The notes under the pieces: model-generated
Seen by the model: the letters and a program-made list of their open reading frames with translations, nothing else
Told to the model about the DNA's origin: nothing
Databases searched by the model: none
In this document: positions 17,467 to 26,454 of the stretch, piece after piece
Layout of the letters: each line of letters begins with the position of its first letter
Numbering within the stretch: the stretch's first letter is position 1
Virus record (IMG/VR): IMGVR_UViG_3300037114_000075
Coordinates: 1-60,933 of that record
Reading direction: 5' to 3' (one strand)
DNA from: a virus
Lineage: Duplodnaviria; Caudoviricetes
Length of the DNA stretch: 60,933 nucleotides
Position numbers and translations under genes: made by a program

Positions 17467-17679
17467 CTACGCTTCCCGACAGCTTCTAAATAGCCCAGAC
17501 GCCACGATCATATCGCGGAAAATCGCGTAGACCGTCACGTCGACCATCTGATCGCCGATGTTCCGCCAATACGCGGCTCTTCCCGCCTCCATCATCTCAG
17601 GCGTAATTTCAATTTCTGTCTCTGCGGGCGCGCCCGCCTCACGCGAATCTTTCCGTGAAGCGGCCAACTTGCGGCACAT
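17467..17679 (-). CDS. Small hypothetical protein, opposite orientation to its neighbours
   Basis: EITPEMMEAG motif common in small phage proteins. Confidence 0.55.
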   Translation of the reverse strand: MCRKLAASRKDSREAGAPAETEIEITPEMMEAGRAAYWRNIGDQMVDVTVYAIFRDMIVASGLFRSCREA

Positions 17680-17817
17680 AGGAAATCCCTACGTCAAGTA
17701 ATATAATTGCCCCGGCACCGTCATGGTGATCCCCGAGCGCGGGAATGATATGCTGATCTCGGTGCGGGCTCAAGCGCGGATTGACTTTTCAAGGTCAATG
17801 ACCAACTGACAAAAGCT

Positions 17818-18132
17818 ATGAAAACGCTGTGGTTCAAGGGTCGCGACGTCGCGCCGATATTGTCAGGCGGAAAGACCGACACGCTTCGCACGCCATCTCC
17901 GCGATTGCCTAGGGTCCGCGAGACCGTTGTTTTCGCCGTTGGCCAGCGGGGCGCCTTTGCGAAAGTGATCATCCAGAAAAAGGAGCACGGCCAATACATC
18001 TCGCTCGGGCGCCGCCGGCAACTCGCCGAGCACTACGGCTGCGACATGCGCGCTCCGTTCATCCGTCTGGAATTCCGGGTTGTCGAAACTATGGCTGCAT
18101 TTACTGGCTCACAACTCAAGCTGGCGATTTGA
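17818..18132 (+). CDS. ASCH/PUA-like domain protein
   Basis: LWF...ILSGGKTDTLR...IRLEFRVV. Confidence 0.75.
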   Translation: MKTLWFKGRDVAPILSGGKTDTLRTPSPRLPRVRETVVFAVGQRGAFAKVIIQKKEHGQYISLGRRRQLAEHYGCDMRAPFIRLEFRVVETMAAFTGSQLKLAI

Positions 18133-18183
18133 CTTTCAAGTTCAAGATGCTTTACCTGCTTCAAGTTCGAGGGAATTTGAAGC

Positions 18184-20049
18184 ATGGCGAACGGATGGGG
18201 CGGCGCTCGACCTAACTCTGGCCCGAAGAAGCGAGCCGATTCCGCGCCTGCGGCGGCGCCCGCCCTGCCAACAGCCAGCAAAGAGCCGCCGAAGACCGCC
18301 GCCCAGCCCCGTCAGCCGATGTTCTCCGAGGATTCGGTTCGCGCCATCCTTGAGGCGTCGAGGGAGCTTGCGAATCGCGCGCGCAACCGCCCCCGCACGG
18401 AGCGATGGAATCCGTTCAAGATGGAGACGGATGAGCGTCTCCTGTTCCCTCCAGCCGCGATGCCGCCGAAAGAACAAAAGATCAGGATGGCGCAGGACTC
18501 CGCCTTGGTCTCGAACAACCAATTCGCCTCTCAGGCATGGCAGGCCGGCGGGATGCTTGGCCAAGCCGTTGCCGAGGGACTGCTTTTCCTCGGCTATCCC
18601 TATCTGTCCGAATTGGCGCAGCGCCCTGAGTTCCGGCTATTCGGCGAGATCAGGGCGGAGGAAATGACGCGGAAGTGGAGGCGCTTCCGCGGCACCGACG
18701 ACAAGAGCACCAAGAATTCGAAGCGGCCGAATCGCCGCAATCAAGACGACGCCGAAGCGGATCTGAGGCGCGGCGCGCTTGGCGAGCGTCCGCGCACCGA
18801 CAAGAAGAACCGCGAGATCGAGGACAAGATCAAGGAGCTCAAGGATCTGGAGGACGATCTCCAGGTCCGCGATTGGTTCAAGACCTGCGCGGCGCAAGAC
18901 GCCTATTTCGGGATCTCGCACCTTTTCATTGATCTAAATGGGGCCGATCTTGAAAACCGGCAAGATCCGGAATTGAAAACCAACATTGGGAACGGGCGCG
19001 ATGTCGTCTCCAAGGATAAGCTCGTCAAGGGTTGCATCCGTGGCCTGCGCGCGATCGAGCCGATCTGGTGCTACCCGACGACATACAACGCCTCCAACCC
19101 GCTGATCCCGTCCTGGTATGATCCGCAGGTCTGGTACGTCATGGGATCCGAAATCCATAAGACGCGGCTGCTCTCCTTCATCGGGCGCCCGGTTCCGGAC
19201 ATCTTGAAACCGGCCTATGCCTTCGGCGGCCTTTCTATGACGCAGATGGCGCAGCCCTATGTCGACATCTGGCTGCGGACCCGCGAATCGGTGGGCGAGA
19301 TCATTCACGCCTTTTCGGTGATGGTCCTGTCGACCAATATGCAGACTACGGTGATGCCCGGGGCAGGCGGCGGGGGCGGTGGGGATGTTCTCGGCCGGCT
19401 GGCGCTATTCAACATTCTCCGCGACAACCAGGGCGTCTTCGCCATCGACAAGACGAACGAGGATTTCAAGAACGTCGCGGCGCCGCTTGGCGGCCTCGAC
19501 GATCTTCAGGCGCAATCTCAAGAGCACATGATGAGCGTGGGGCGGCTACCAGCGGTCAAATTCACCGGCATCCAGCCTAAGGGCCTCAACGCGACATCTG
19601 ACGGCGAGATGCGCGCTTTCAACGACACGATCCACGGCGCGCAGGAGCACCTCTTCCGGCCCAATCTCCAGACCGTCACCGATATCATGCAGATCCACCT
19701 TTGGGGCAAACGCGATCCAGATATCACCTCCGAATTTCTTCCGCTGCAGGAACCGACGCCCAAGGAACTCGAAGAGATCAGGAAGCTCCGCGCCGAGACG
19801 ATTCAGATCTACACCGATGCTGGAATCCTTTGGCAGGAGGAAGCCCGCGAGCATCTCATCAACGATCCAGAATCGGGCTTCGACGGGCTTGATCCGAAGG
19901 ACGTGCCGAACCTGCTCGAAGAGGAGGAAGAAGGGCTGGAGCCCGAAGGCGGTCGCCCGCAGCCGCAGGCCGCAAAGGGCGAACAGGAACAGGGCGGCGC
20001 GGATGATGCCCCCCGACCGAAGAAGAAGCCGCCCGCCAAGCGCGCATAA
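18184..20049 (+). CDS. Portal protein, DUF1073 family
   Basis: FLGYPYLSELAQRPE, IHKTRL, YAFGGLS, GLNATSDGE. Confidence 0.9.
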   Translation: MANGWGGARPNSGPKKRADSAPAAAPALPTASKEPPKTAAQPRQPMFSEDSVRAILEASRELANRARNRPRTERWNPFKMETDERLLFPPAAMPPKEQKIRMAQDSALVSNNQFASQAWQAGGMLGQAVAEGLLFLGYPYLSELAQRPEFRLFGEIRAEEMTRKWRRFRGTDDKSTKNSKRPNRRNQDDAEADLRRGALGERPRTDKKNREIEDKIKELKDLEDDLQVRDWFKTCAAQDAYFGISHLFIDLNGADLENRQDPELKTNIGNGRDVVSKDKLVKGCIRGLRAIEPIWCYPTTYNASNPLIPSWYDPQVWYVMGSEIHKTRLLSFIGRPVPDILKPAYAFGGLSMTQMAQPYVDIWLRTRESVGEIIHAFSVMVLSTNMQTTVMPGAGGGGGGDVLGRLALFNILRDNQGVFAIDKTNEDFKNVAAPLGGLDDLQAQSQEHMMSVGRLPAVKFTGIQPKGLNATSDGEMRAFNDTIHGAQEHLFRPNLQTVTDIMQIHLWGKRDPDITSEFLPLQEPTPKELEEIRKLRAETIQIYTDAGILWQEEAREHLINDPESGFDGLDPKDVPNLLEEEEEGLEPEGGRPQPQAAKGEQEQGGADDAPRPKKKPPAKRA

Positions 20050-20081
20050 TCGCCGGGGGGGAGTAGACATTCGGCGTGGGT

Positions 20082-20095
20082 GGGATTATTTTCCC
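20082..20095. promoter_or_regulatory. Distal copy of the operator palindrome
   Basis: GGGATTATTTTCCC, reverse complement GGGAAAATAATCCC; intergenic. Confidence 0.55.
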
Positions 20096-20172
20096 CACGC
20101 GGTAGCAGCCCTGGACCGTCCTCGCTTGCGGTCAAAGGCGTGCACTAGGCTGTTCGTCAAGTCGCCGAGGCG

Positions 20173-20213
20173 AGCCGCATTTGAACTTTAGGGAAACCGA
20201 TGAGCGAAATGAT
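20173..20213. repeat. 41-bp repeat, copy 1 (upstream region and start of gene 20200)
   Basis: 39/41 identical to 50979-51019. Confidence 0.9.
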
Positions 20214-20646
20214 CGAGCGCGTAACGAAGGCGATCGAGGCGGCGAAAATGGAATGGTCATCGGAGGACGCCAGCGCCGACCAATGGACCGCCCCGGCCGA
20301 CTATCTGGCCTCTGCTGCGGTCAAAGCCATGCGCGAGCCGACCACGGCGATGACCGAAGCCGAGATTTTCAGACTGAGACAACTCTCCACGTTCCTGATC
20401 TTGGAGCGATGGCACGAACATCGCGAGCGAGCGTTGCTATGGTTCTCGCCCATAGATCAGATCTATCGATGCGTAGCCTGTGGCCCGCTATTCGGATATC
20501 CTCCTGATGAGATTTTCAGGCCTGAATATCTCGATTTTTATATTACAGAATTTGCCGGCCGGTGGTCGGTGAGCTGTGAAAATGTAATGGTCGAAATGTT
20601 TGATGAGAATCCTGCGCTGGCGCAGCGGAGGAAGGGGAACGAGTAG
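20200..20646 (+). CDS. Hypothetical protein, partial paralog of 51006
   Basis: MSEMIERV..AIE..AMREPT..M. Confidence 0.7.
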   Translation: MSEMIERVTKAIEAAKMEWSSEDASADQWTAPADYLASAAVKAMREPTTAMTEAEIFRLRQLSTFLILERWHEHRERALLWFSPIDQIYRCVACGPLFGYPPDEIFRPEYLDFYITEFAGRWSVSCENVMVEMFDENPALAQRRKGNE

Positions 20647-20694
20647 ACATCCGCCCCGGACCATAATGTCCGCAACAAATAACGGGAATTAACC

Positions 20695-20937
20695 ATGGTG
20701 GAATTTGGTCCGACGACTCACTACCGATGCGCGGCTTGCGGTTCTGTTTATGAACTCAAATGCGACGCCGACTGGGATGATGGCGACGCCAAGAGCGAGC
20801 TGGAACGAACCTTCCCCAGCGCGACCGTAGAGAACTGCGCTGTGGTTTGTGATCTTTGTTACAGGAATATAATTCTTGCCGAGACATCCTTCTGGTCCGT
20901 CGGCCGGGTCGATCTGGCGCAAAAGGAGCCGAAATGA
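20695..20937 (+). CDS. Small zinc-binding protein
   Basis: CAAC...CDLC. Confidence 0.65.
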   Translation: MVEFGPTTHYRCAACGSVYELKCDADWDDGDAKSELERTFPSATVENCAVVCDLCYRNIILAETSFWSVGRVDLAQKEPK

Positions 20938-21140
20938 CAAACGGACAAAAACTATGGCTCGACTCTCACAAGCCGTACCGCGCGATCAGCAACACGCCGA
21001 GCGGCTTCCGCTGGACCAAAATGGGGATGCTGCACGCCGACGGAACTTTCGAGGCGACAATCCCCGGCAAGCGGCCGGCCGTTCGTCAAGGCTCTTTCGA
21101 GGTCGGCATCCTTGAAGAAATCTTCACGCCTGGCCGTTAG
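20934..21140 (+). CDS. Hypothetical protein, paralog of 22541
   Basis: AAGGAG RBS; shared motif. Confidence 0.7.
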   Translation: MTNGQKLWLDSHKPYRAISNTPSGFRWTKMGMLHADGTFEATIPGKRPAVRQGSFEVGILEEIFTPGR

Positions 21141-21945
21141 GCTTCACAACGCCGACGGCAAGGAAATCGCGCTCAAGGCGATTCGCCCAAATATCGGGAT
21201 CGCAGCGGCCTATCGGCGAAAACTGTTGCTCCTCGTCAACGAGATGGCGACGTCCTATGCGCACTGGATCCGCGCGCAATATCGCCGGCAGCCGCCGGAG
21301 ATGGCGCAGGACGCCTCGCCAGCGCGGGAGCTTGGCCAGGAGATCAAGAAGCTCGGCAAGCGTTGGGACCGGAGGATTAACGATCTCGCGCCTCAGCTTG
21401 CCAGCTGGTTCGCCAAGAGCGCCGGAAGCCGATCCGAGGCCGTGCTCAAGAAGATGCTGCGCGACGCCGGCTTTGCCGTGAAATTCCAGATGACGGCGGC
21501 GATGCGCGATGTCATTGATGCGACGATTGCGGAGAACGTTGCGCTGATCAAATCGATCGGGAGCGAGTATCACAGCCAAGTCGAAGGACTCGTGATGCGG
21601 TCTGTCACCGCTGGCGGCGATCTCGAACAGCTCTCGAAGGATTTGAGGCATCGGTACGGCGTGACGCGGCGCCGGGCGGAACTGATCGCCCGAGATCAGA
21701 ATCGGAAGGCTACGGCGTCTCTCCGGCGCGCGCGAGAGACAGAACTTGGAATCGAAGATGGAATCTGGCTTCATTCCCACGGCGGGAACGAGCCTCGGCC
21801 GACGCACGTCAAGCAAGACGGGAAAAGGTTCAACTTGAAAACAGGATGGTTTGACACAGACCCAAAGGTGAGAAAGCACATCTTGCCCGGTGAGTTGATC
21901 AATTGCAGGTGTACGTGGAAGCCTGTGATCAAAGGGTTTTCGTGA
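21112..21945 (+). CDS. MuF / SPP1 gp7-like minor head protein
   Basis: RAELIARDQ, RPTH, PGELINCRC. Confidence 0.9.
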   Translation: MKKSSRLAVRLHNADGKEIALKAIRPNIGIAAAYRRKLLLLVNEMATSYAHWIRAQYRRQPPEMAQDASPARELGQEIKKLGKRWDRRINDLAPQLASWFAKSAGSRSEAVLKKMLRDAGFAVKFQMTAAMRDVIDATIAENVALIKSIGSEYHSQVEGLVMRSVTAGGDLEQLSKDLRHRYGVTRRRAELIARDQNRKATASLRRARETELGIEDGIWLHSHGGNEPRPTHVKQDGKRFNLKTGWFDTDPKVRKHILPGELINCRCTWKPVIKGFS

Positions 21946-22505
21946 TTGTGCCGCCTCCGCTTTCTCTGACAAACGCTCGCCTTCTCGCCGCCGTCGGCTC
22001 GCCATGTCCCTATTGCGGGGCAGAGATGGCGCACACCCGCCTCGGCAACACGCCGACCTTCGACCACCTGATCCCGCGGAAGCATCGGAAAGAGCGCGGT
22101 GTCACGGTTCCGAAAATCATTTGCTGCTTCGGTTGCAATACTGACAAAGGCCAGCTTTTGCTCGAAGAATGGCTTGTGATCGTGCGCGCCCGTGGCAACG
22201 GCGACGCCAAGCGGCTTGCTACGCTCGAGGCCTTTGTTTCGGGGCATCCGGAATTCGCAACTCCGGGGGCGGCAGAGGCGTTCATCCAATCCAGGATCAA
22301 AGCGCCGCAGATCGGCCTTCCCCGGCGCGGGATGCTTCACGCGCGTGGTTTCAACCCCACGAAGGAATTCCGTTGTGCGGTGTGCCAGAGGAAATTCAAG
22401 ACCATCCAAGGATTTGAGGTTCATCTCCTCGCCTTCAGACGGGAGGATTCGCACATCCTTATCGATGTTGTTGAAGTTCTGGCGGCGGGATGCGATACGG
22501 GTTAA
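21942..22505 (+). CDS. HNH endonuclease with C-terminal C2H2-like finger
   Basis: CPYC..DHLIP..CFGCNTDKG; CAVC..F..H. Confidence 0.8.
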   Translation: MIVPPPLSLTNARLLAAVGSPCPYCGAEMAHTRLGNTPTFDHLIPRKHRKERGVTVPKIICCFGCNTDKGQLLLEEWLVIVRARGNGDAKRLATLEAFVSGHPEFATPGAAEAFIQSRIKAPQIGLPRRGMLHARGFNPTKEFRCAVCQRKFKTIQGFEVHLLAFRREDSHILIDVVEVLAAGCDTG

Positions 22506-22540
22506 ATTGGCGATTCAGGGCCACGAATAGGAGACACCCG

Positions 22541-22834
22541 ATGGGTATTGCCTCAGATCTACAGCGCAAGCGCCGCGCGCAGAAGGTCTTCCAGCAGAAA
22601 GCATTCCCCCCTCCCCGTGGGACTCCGCCGACGCAGGAGCAAACACGCTGGCTGCGCGACCACAAGAATTTCGTCCGGACGAGCCATCTCGGCCACCTCG
22701 CGAAATTCAGAGAGCAAGGCACGCTTCATATCGACGGGAGCTTCGTCCCTGTGTCGCCCGGCAGGCCTATCATGGACGGCGGCGGCGCCTTTGGCGTCGG
22801 GATCCCGTTCTCTCCCCGCAGGCGTCAAAGGTGA
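22541..22834 (+). CDS. Hypothetical protein, paralog of 20934
   Basis: AGGAG RBS; shared motif. Confidence 0.7.
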   Translation: MGIASDLQRKRRAQKVFQQKAFPPPRGTPPTQEQTRWLRDHKNFVRTSHLGHLAKFREQGTLHIDGSFVPVSPGRPIMDGGGAFGVGIPFSPRRRQR

Positions 22835-22849
22835 CGATCTTGGCGCTTC

Positions 22850-23089
22850 GTGGTAAATCCTCGAAGCATGATCGGCGAGACCGTCTATAAAGAATTCCCC
22901 GGCATCCGGGGCATGCCCGTCGGCTGGACGTGGTTGAGGCCGGATAGCCTCGGCGTTTCCGAGGAAGAAGGCGAGGCCCTTCAGGCTGGCTCACTTCCTA
23001 TTGACCGAGCCGTCGAGATCGGGGATTTGGTCAAGGCGGCCTCGCGGAATCTTCTCGAACTCTTTTCCCCCAGCCGAGGACTGCACTGA
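22850..23089 (+). CDS. Hypothetical protein
   Basis: Stop overlaps the next start (TGATG). Confidence 0.5.
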   Translation: MVNPRSMIGETVYKEFPGIRGMPVGWTWLRPDSLGVSEEEGEALQAGSLPIDRAVEIGDLVKAASRNLLELFSPSRGLH

Positions 23090-24240
23090 TGCCCGGCGCG
23101 GCTCTCGCCCCGAACGCGGGCATCCCATTCGGCGCGGGGAAGCGTCCCCCGCGCGCGGCGCGCGCCGCTGATCGGTTGGCGGCGGGCGTGCTCTTCGTTA
23201 CCCCGGACGGCGACGGTCTCTTCATCAAGCGCAAGGGGGCTGATCACGCCGGCAAATGGAGCATCCCGGCGGGCCATGTCGAAGATGGAGAAGATTTCGC
23301 TACTGCCGCGCGGCGCGAATCAGCCGAGGAAGTCGGCCGCGTCCCGAACGACATCAGGCCACTTCACCGCGGCAAGAGCGACCGAATCGATTTCGCGACA
23401 TTCCAGCACGATGTCAGGGATCGCTTCGACCCGAAGCTCAACGACGAAAGCGAAGAATATGTCTGGGCGCCGATCAAAGACCCGCCGCAGCCGCTGCATC
23501 CCGGTCTCGCCAAGGTACTCGCCGAGTTCTTTAAGGAAGAAGCGGAAGAGCCCGAACACGAGCACGCTGGCGCGGCGCGGGAACTAGAGGGCGAATTCGA
23601 GCGCGAGGCCGAGGCAAGCGATTCGCTCCCTGAGTGCTTGGCTGGCGATTCGCTCCTCGCCTTCGACAAGGAGTCCGTTCGCAGCTTTGACCAGGACGGT
23701 CGGATGAAGGTTGATGTCTCCAATATCTCGAAGGCGCAGATCCGGCCGTACAAGGGTTCAGAGATTCCAGGCTGGGAAGATCTGGGGCTAGACAAAGACA
23801 AAATCTACAAGATGCTCTGCCCGCCCGAGGAACTTGAAAAAGCGGCCGAGACCTTCAACGGCGTCCAGATCCTTCAGCAGCATGTTCCCGTCGACGCCGA
23901 CGATCATAGGGCGTGGGACATTGTTGGCACGACCGGCAGCGAGGCGCGCTTCGAGGCGCCCTACCTCAAGAACAGCCTGTTCATTTGGGCTCAGAAGGGG
24001 ATCGACTTTATCGAATCGGAGAAGCAACGCGAGCTCTCGTGCGGATATCATTACGATCCAGAAATCGTCAGCGGAAGTTTTGAAGGCGAAAAATATGACG
24101 GGATCATGAGAAATATCCGGGGCAATCATCTGGCATTGGTAGCGGAAGGGAGGGCCGGCTCTGATGTAATGGTCGCTGATAGCGTCGAGGAATTGCAGTG
24201 GCAGGCGATCGAAGAAGCGCTTCTGGACCTCGTTCAATGA
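23089..24240 (+). CDS. NUDIX hydrolase fused to DUF2213 prohead protease
   Basis: Nudix box GHVEDGEDFATAARRESAEEVG; ELSCGY, NHLALVAEGRAG. Confidence 0.9.
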   Translation: MPGAALAPNAGIPFGAGKRPPRAARAADRLAAGVLFVTPDGDGLFIKRKGADHAGKWSIPAGHVEDGEDFATAARRESAEEVGRVPNDIRPLHRGKSDRIDFATFQHDVRDRFDPKLNDESEEYVWAPIKDPPQPLHPGLAKVLAEFFKEEAEEPEHEHAGAARELEGEFEREAEASDSLPECLAGDSLLAFDKESVRSFDQDGRMKVDVSNISKAQIRPYKGSEIPGWEDLGLDKDKIYKMLCPPEELEKAAETFNGVQILQQHVPVDADDHRAWDIVGTTGSEARFEAPYLKNSLFIWAQKGIDFIESEKQRELSCGYHYDPEIVSGSFEGEKYDGIMRNIRGNHLALVAEGRAGSDVMVADSVEELQWQAIEEALLDLVQ

Positions 24241-24449
24241 ACGAAGTAATAGACGTCCGCGAGATACGCAAATCGTTCGGATTGACTCAGGCGCAGTTCG
24301 CAGATCGATTTGGGTTCAATTTGGGAACACTTCGGCACTGGGAACAAGGAAGCCGAACCCCCGACAGGGCCGCCTCTGTTTTGCTCGCGGTCGTTGCCAA
24401 ACATCCCGATATCGTCCTTGCGATGCGCGCTGAAATGATGCCCGCTTGA
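24237..24449 (+). CDS. XRE-family HTH protein, HigA/YiaG-like
   Basis: IRKSFGLTQAQFA..TLRHWEQG..P..AA.VLL. Confidence 0.85.
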   Translation: MNEVIDVREIRKSFGLTQAQFADRFGFNLGTLRHWEQGSRTPDRAASVLLAVVAKHPDIVLAMRAEMMPA

Positions 24450-24506
24450 GATGAGCCATCGCTAGACTATAATTTTGCGCGGAAATGGTGCATTTATCAT
24501 TGCCTT

Positions 24507-25706
24507 ATGACGACACGTCGAAAAAATGGGCGAAGCCTCGGTGCGGAACTCCGCAAAAAGTTTTCAAGCCCTCGCGAAGCGCTCGCCGCTCTCGGCCTCG
24601 ACCAGTCGTTGCTCGACATTCCCCGGAAGCTGGCATTCGACGGAGCCAACGCCATGAAGCCGACCATCCTCGAATATTTGGCTGTGACGCGCGCCGCGCG
24701 AGCCTTGAATCCGACGCTGGCGACGGACGTCAAGATCGAATACGGCCCGATCTTCAAGGGTCTGACGAGTCAGAATTTCAAGGCACGCAAGCCCACCATC
24801 GTCTCCGACGTGAAGCGCGCGCTCGATGGCAAGATCCGCAAGACGCTCGCCATGGACGCTCCGATGGAGCACCTCGCCCATCTCCTTACCGAGATGGAGA
24901 ACGTCAAAGAGCCGAAATCGCTCGATGCCTCGGTTTCCGAAGAGCAGCACAAGGCGATGGAAGCGGCTGCGCACGGCAAGTCGAACCTCGGCATCCCGAA
25001 GGAAGTCGGCAAGGAATTCGTGGAGAAGGACGCGGCCGGGAGCTTCGACCGCAAAACATTCGATGCCTGGATGAAGGGCAAAGGGGCGAGCGAAGATTCA
25101 ATCACGCGCGTCCATGACATGATTCGTGACGAACTCCCCGAAAATGCTCTCGACGAGTGGGAAGACGACGAAGACGAGACGCCCGCAGAGCGTGCCGAAG
25201 ATACGAGCGCCGAAGCCGAGGGCGAGACCGAGGAAGAAAAAGAAAAGCGCGAGCGCGAGAAGGCCGCCAAAGATCGCCGCACTGCCAAAGATCGCGAACG
25301 GGAAGCCGAAGATCGCCGGCGCGCCGCGAAAGACCGGAAGGGCGCCATGGACAAATTCATCACCGTTGACGCGGCCGAGACGATTGCGCGCAGCGCCGTC
25401 AACGCCGAGCGCAAGCGGCAAGTCGAAAATACCGAGGCGCGGAACTTCTGCCGTCGCTACGCCGGCGAACTTTCGATGGCCCTCGACAGCGCGGAAGACA
25501 TCTATCGCGCCACGGCTAGGATCTGCGGCATCGAAGAGGCCGATCAGATCAAGGAGCCGATCGCTCTGCGCGCGCTCATCAAGGCATGCGCGCCAGCGGG
25601 CGCGCGCCCCGGCAATGGCGGCGGCTTGACGCACGACGAGGCCATTGCGGGCGTCGGCGACACACTCTCCCGCTTCCCCGGCATGGGCCGGATCGGCAAC
25701 GCCTGA
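24507..25706 (+). CDS. Head scaffolding protein
   Basis: Charged and helical; repeated L-A-x-D motifs; lies between protease and capsid genes. Confidence 0.7.
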   Translation: MTTRRKNGRSLGAELRKKFSSPREALAALGLDQSLLDIPRKLAFDGANAMKPTILEYLAVTRAARALNPTLATDVKIEYGPIFKGLTSQNFKARKPTIVSDVKRALDGKIRKTLAMDAPMEHLAHLLTEMENVKEPKSLDASVSEEQHKAMEAAAHGKSNLGIPKEVGKEFVEKDAAGSFDRKTFDAWMKGKGASEDSITRVHDMIRDELPENALDEWEDDEDETPAERAEDTSAEAEGETEEEKEKREREKAAKDRRTAKDREREAEDRRRAAKDRKGAMDKFITVDAAETIARSAVNAERKRQVENTEARNFCRRYAGELSMALDSAEDIYRATARICGIEEADQIKEPIALRALIKACAPAGARPGNGGGLTHDEAIAGVGDTLSRFPGMGRIGNA

Positions 25707-25734
25707 ACGGCGAATTTGAGGTAAGATATCGGCG

Positions 25735-26454
25735 ATGAGCCAAAGCGACTTCTACGTCTACCTTTACTTCCGTCTCGACGGCACGCCTTGCTATGTCGGG
25801 AAGGGAAAAGGTGCGCGTTGGCTTCATCGGGGGAAATGGGGCCGCAACAAGCATTTTCTGAATTTGTGCGCCCAAGCCAAGGCCATAGGCAAGGACTTGC
25901 CAGTCGTCAAGATCGCAGAAAACATCACCGATTCCGATGCTTTGGAATTGGAGAAGATTCTCATTTCTGCCATCGGGCGCGTGGCGAATGGCGGCCCATT
26001 GGTAAATCTGACTGACGGTGGAGACGGCGCCAGCGGTTATCGTTATACGGCCGCGCAGCGCGAGGCTCACGGAGCTAGGCGGCGCTGTCGAAAACACCCT
26101 CCTGAGTGGCGCGCCGCGATCAGCGCGGCCATGAAAGGCCGCAAACTGAGCTCCGAACATCGGGCGGCTCTCTCGGCCTCTAAGCGCGGTCTGAAGATAG
26201 AATTCGGCTGGTGGTCTACGGAAGAAGGCCGCGCGAAGCAGCGCGCCAACAATCACGGTCGCGGGCATAAGATCCACTCGGAAGAGACCAAAGCAAAAAT
26301 CAGGCTCGCCCGCTCAGGGCAGACAAATTTTGGCGGTCAATTCCAAAAAGGCAATCAGCCGAACCCTGAGATCCGCGCCAAATTGAGTGCCGCAGTTACG
26401 GCTTCATGGTCACGGCGCGATGCCGCTCGCCTTTCCCAAGAAGGAGCACTCTGA
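25735..26454 (+). CDS. GIY-YIG-like homing endonuclease with NUMOD3-like repeats
   Basis: FYVY..YVGKG..R; LVNLTDGGDG; HSEETKAKI. Confidence 0.85.
   Translation: MSQSDFYVYLYFRLDGTPCYVGKGKGARWLHRGKWGRNKHFLNLCAQAKAIGKDLPVVKIAENITDSDALELEKILISAIGRVANGGPLVNLTDGGDGASGYRYTAAQREAHGARRRCRKHPPEWRAAISAAMKGRKLSSEHRAALSASKRGLKIEFGWWSTEEGRAKQRANNHGRGHKIHSEETKAKIRLARSGQTNFGGQFQKGNQPNPEIRAKLSAAVTASWSRRDAARLSQEGAL

Noticed and set aside
18184-20049. Portal as anti-CBASS Acb1, a label sometimes given to DUF1073 proteins
   Set aside because: No 2H-phosphoesterase domain is evident; position and motifs fit a plain portal
21124-22005. 293-aa minus-strand ORF
   Set aside because: Antisense shadow of the MuF gene
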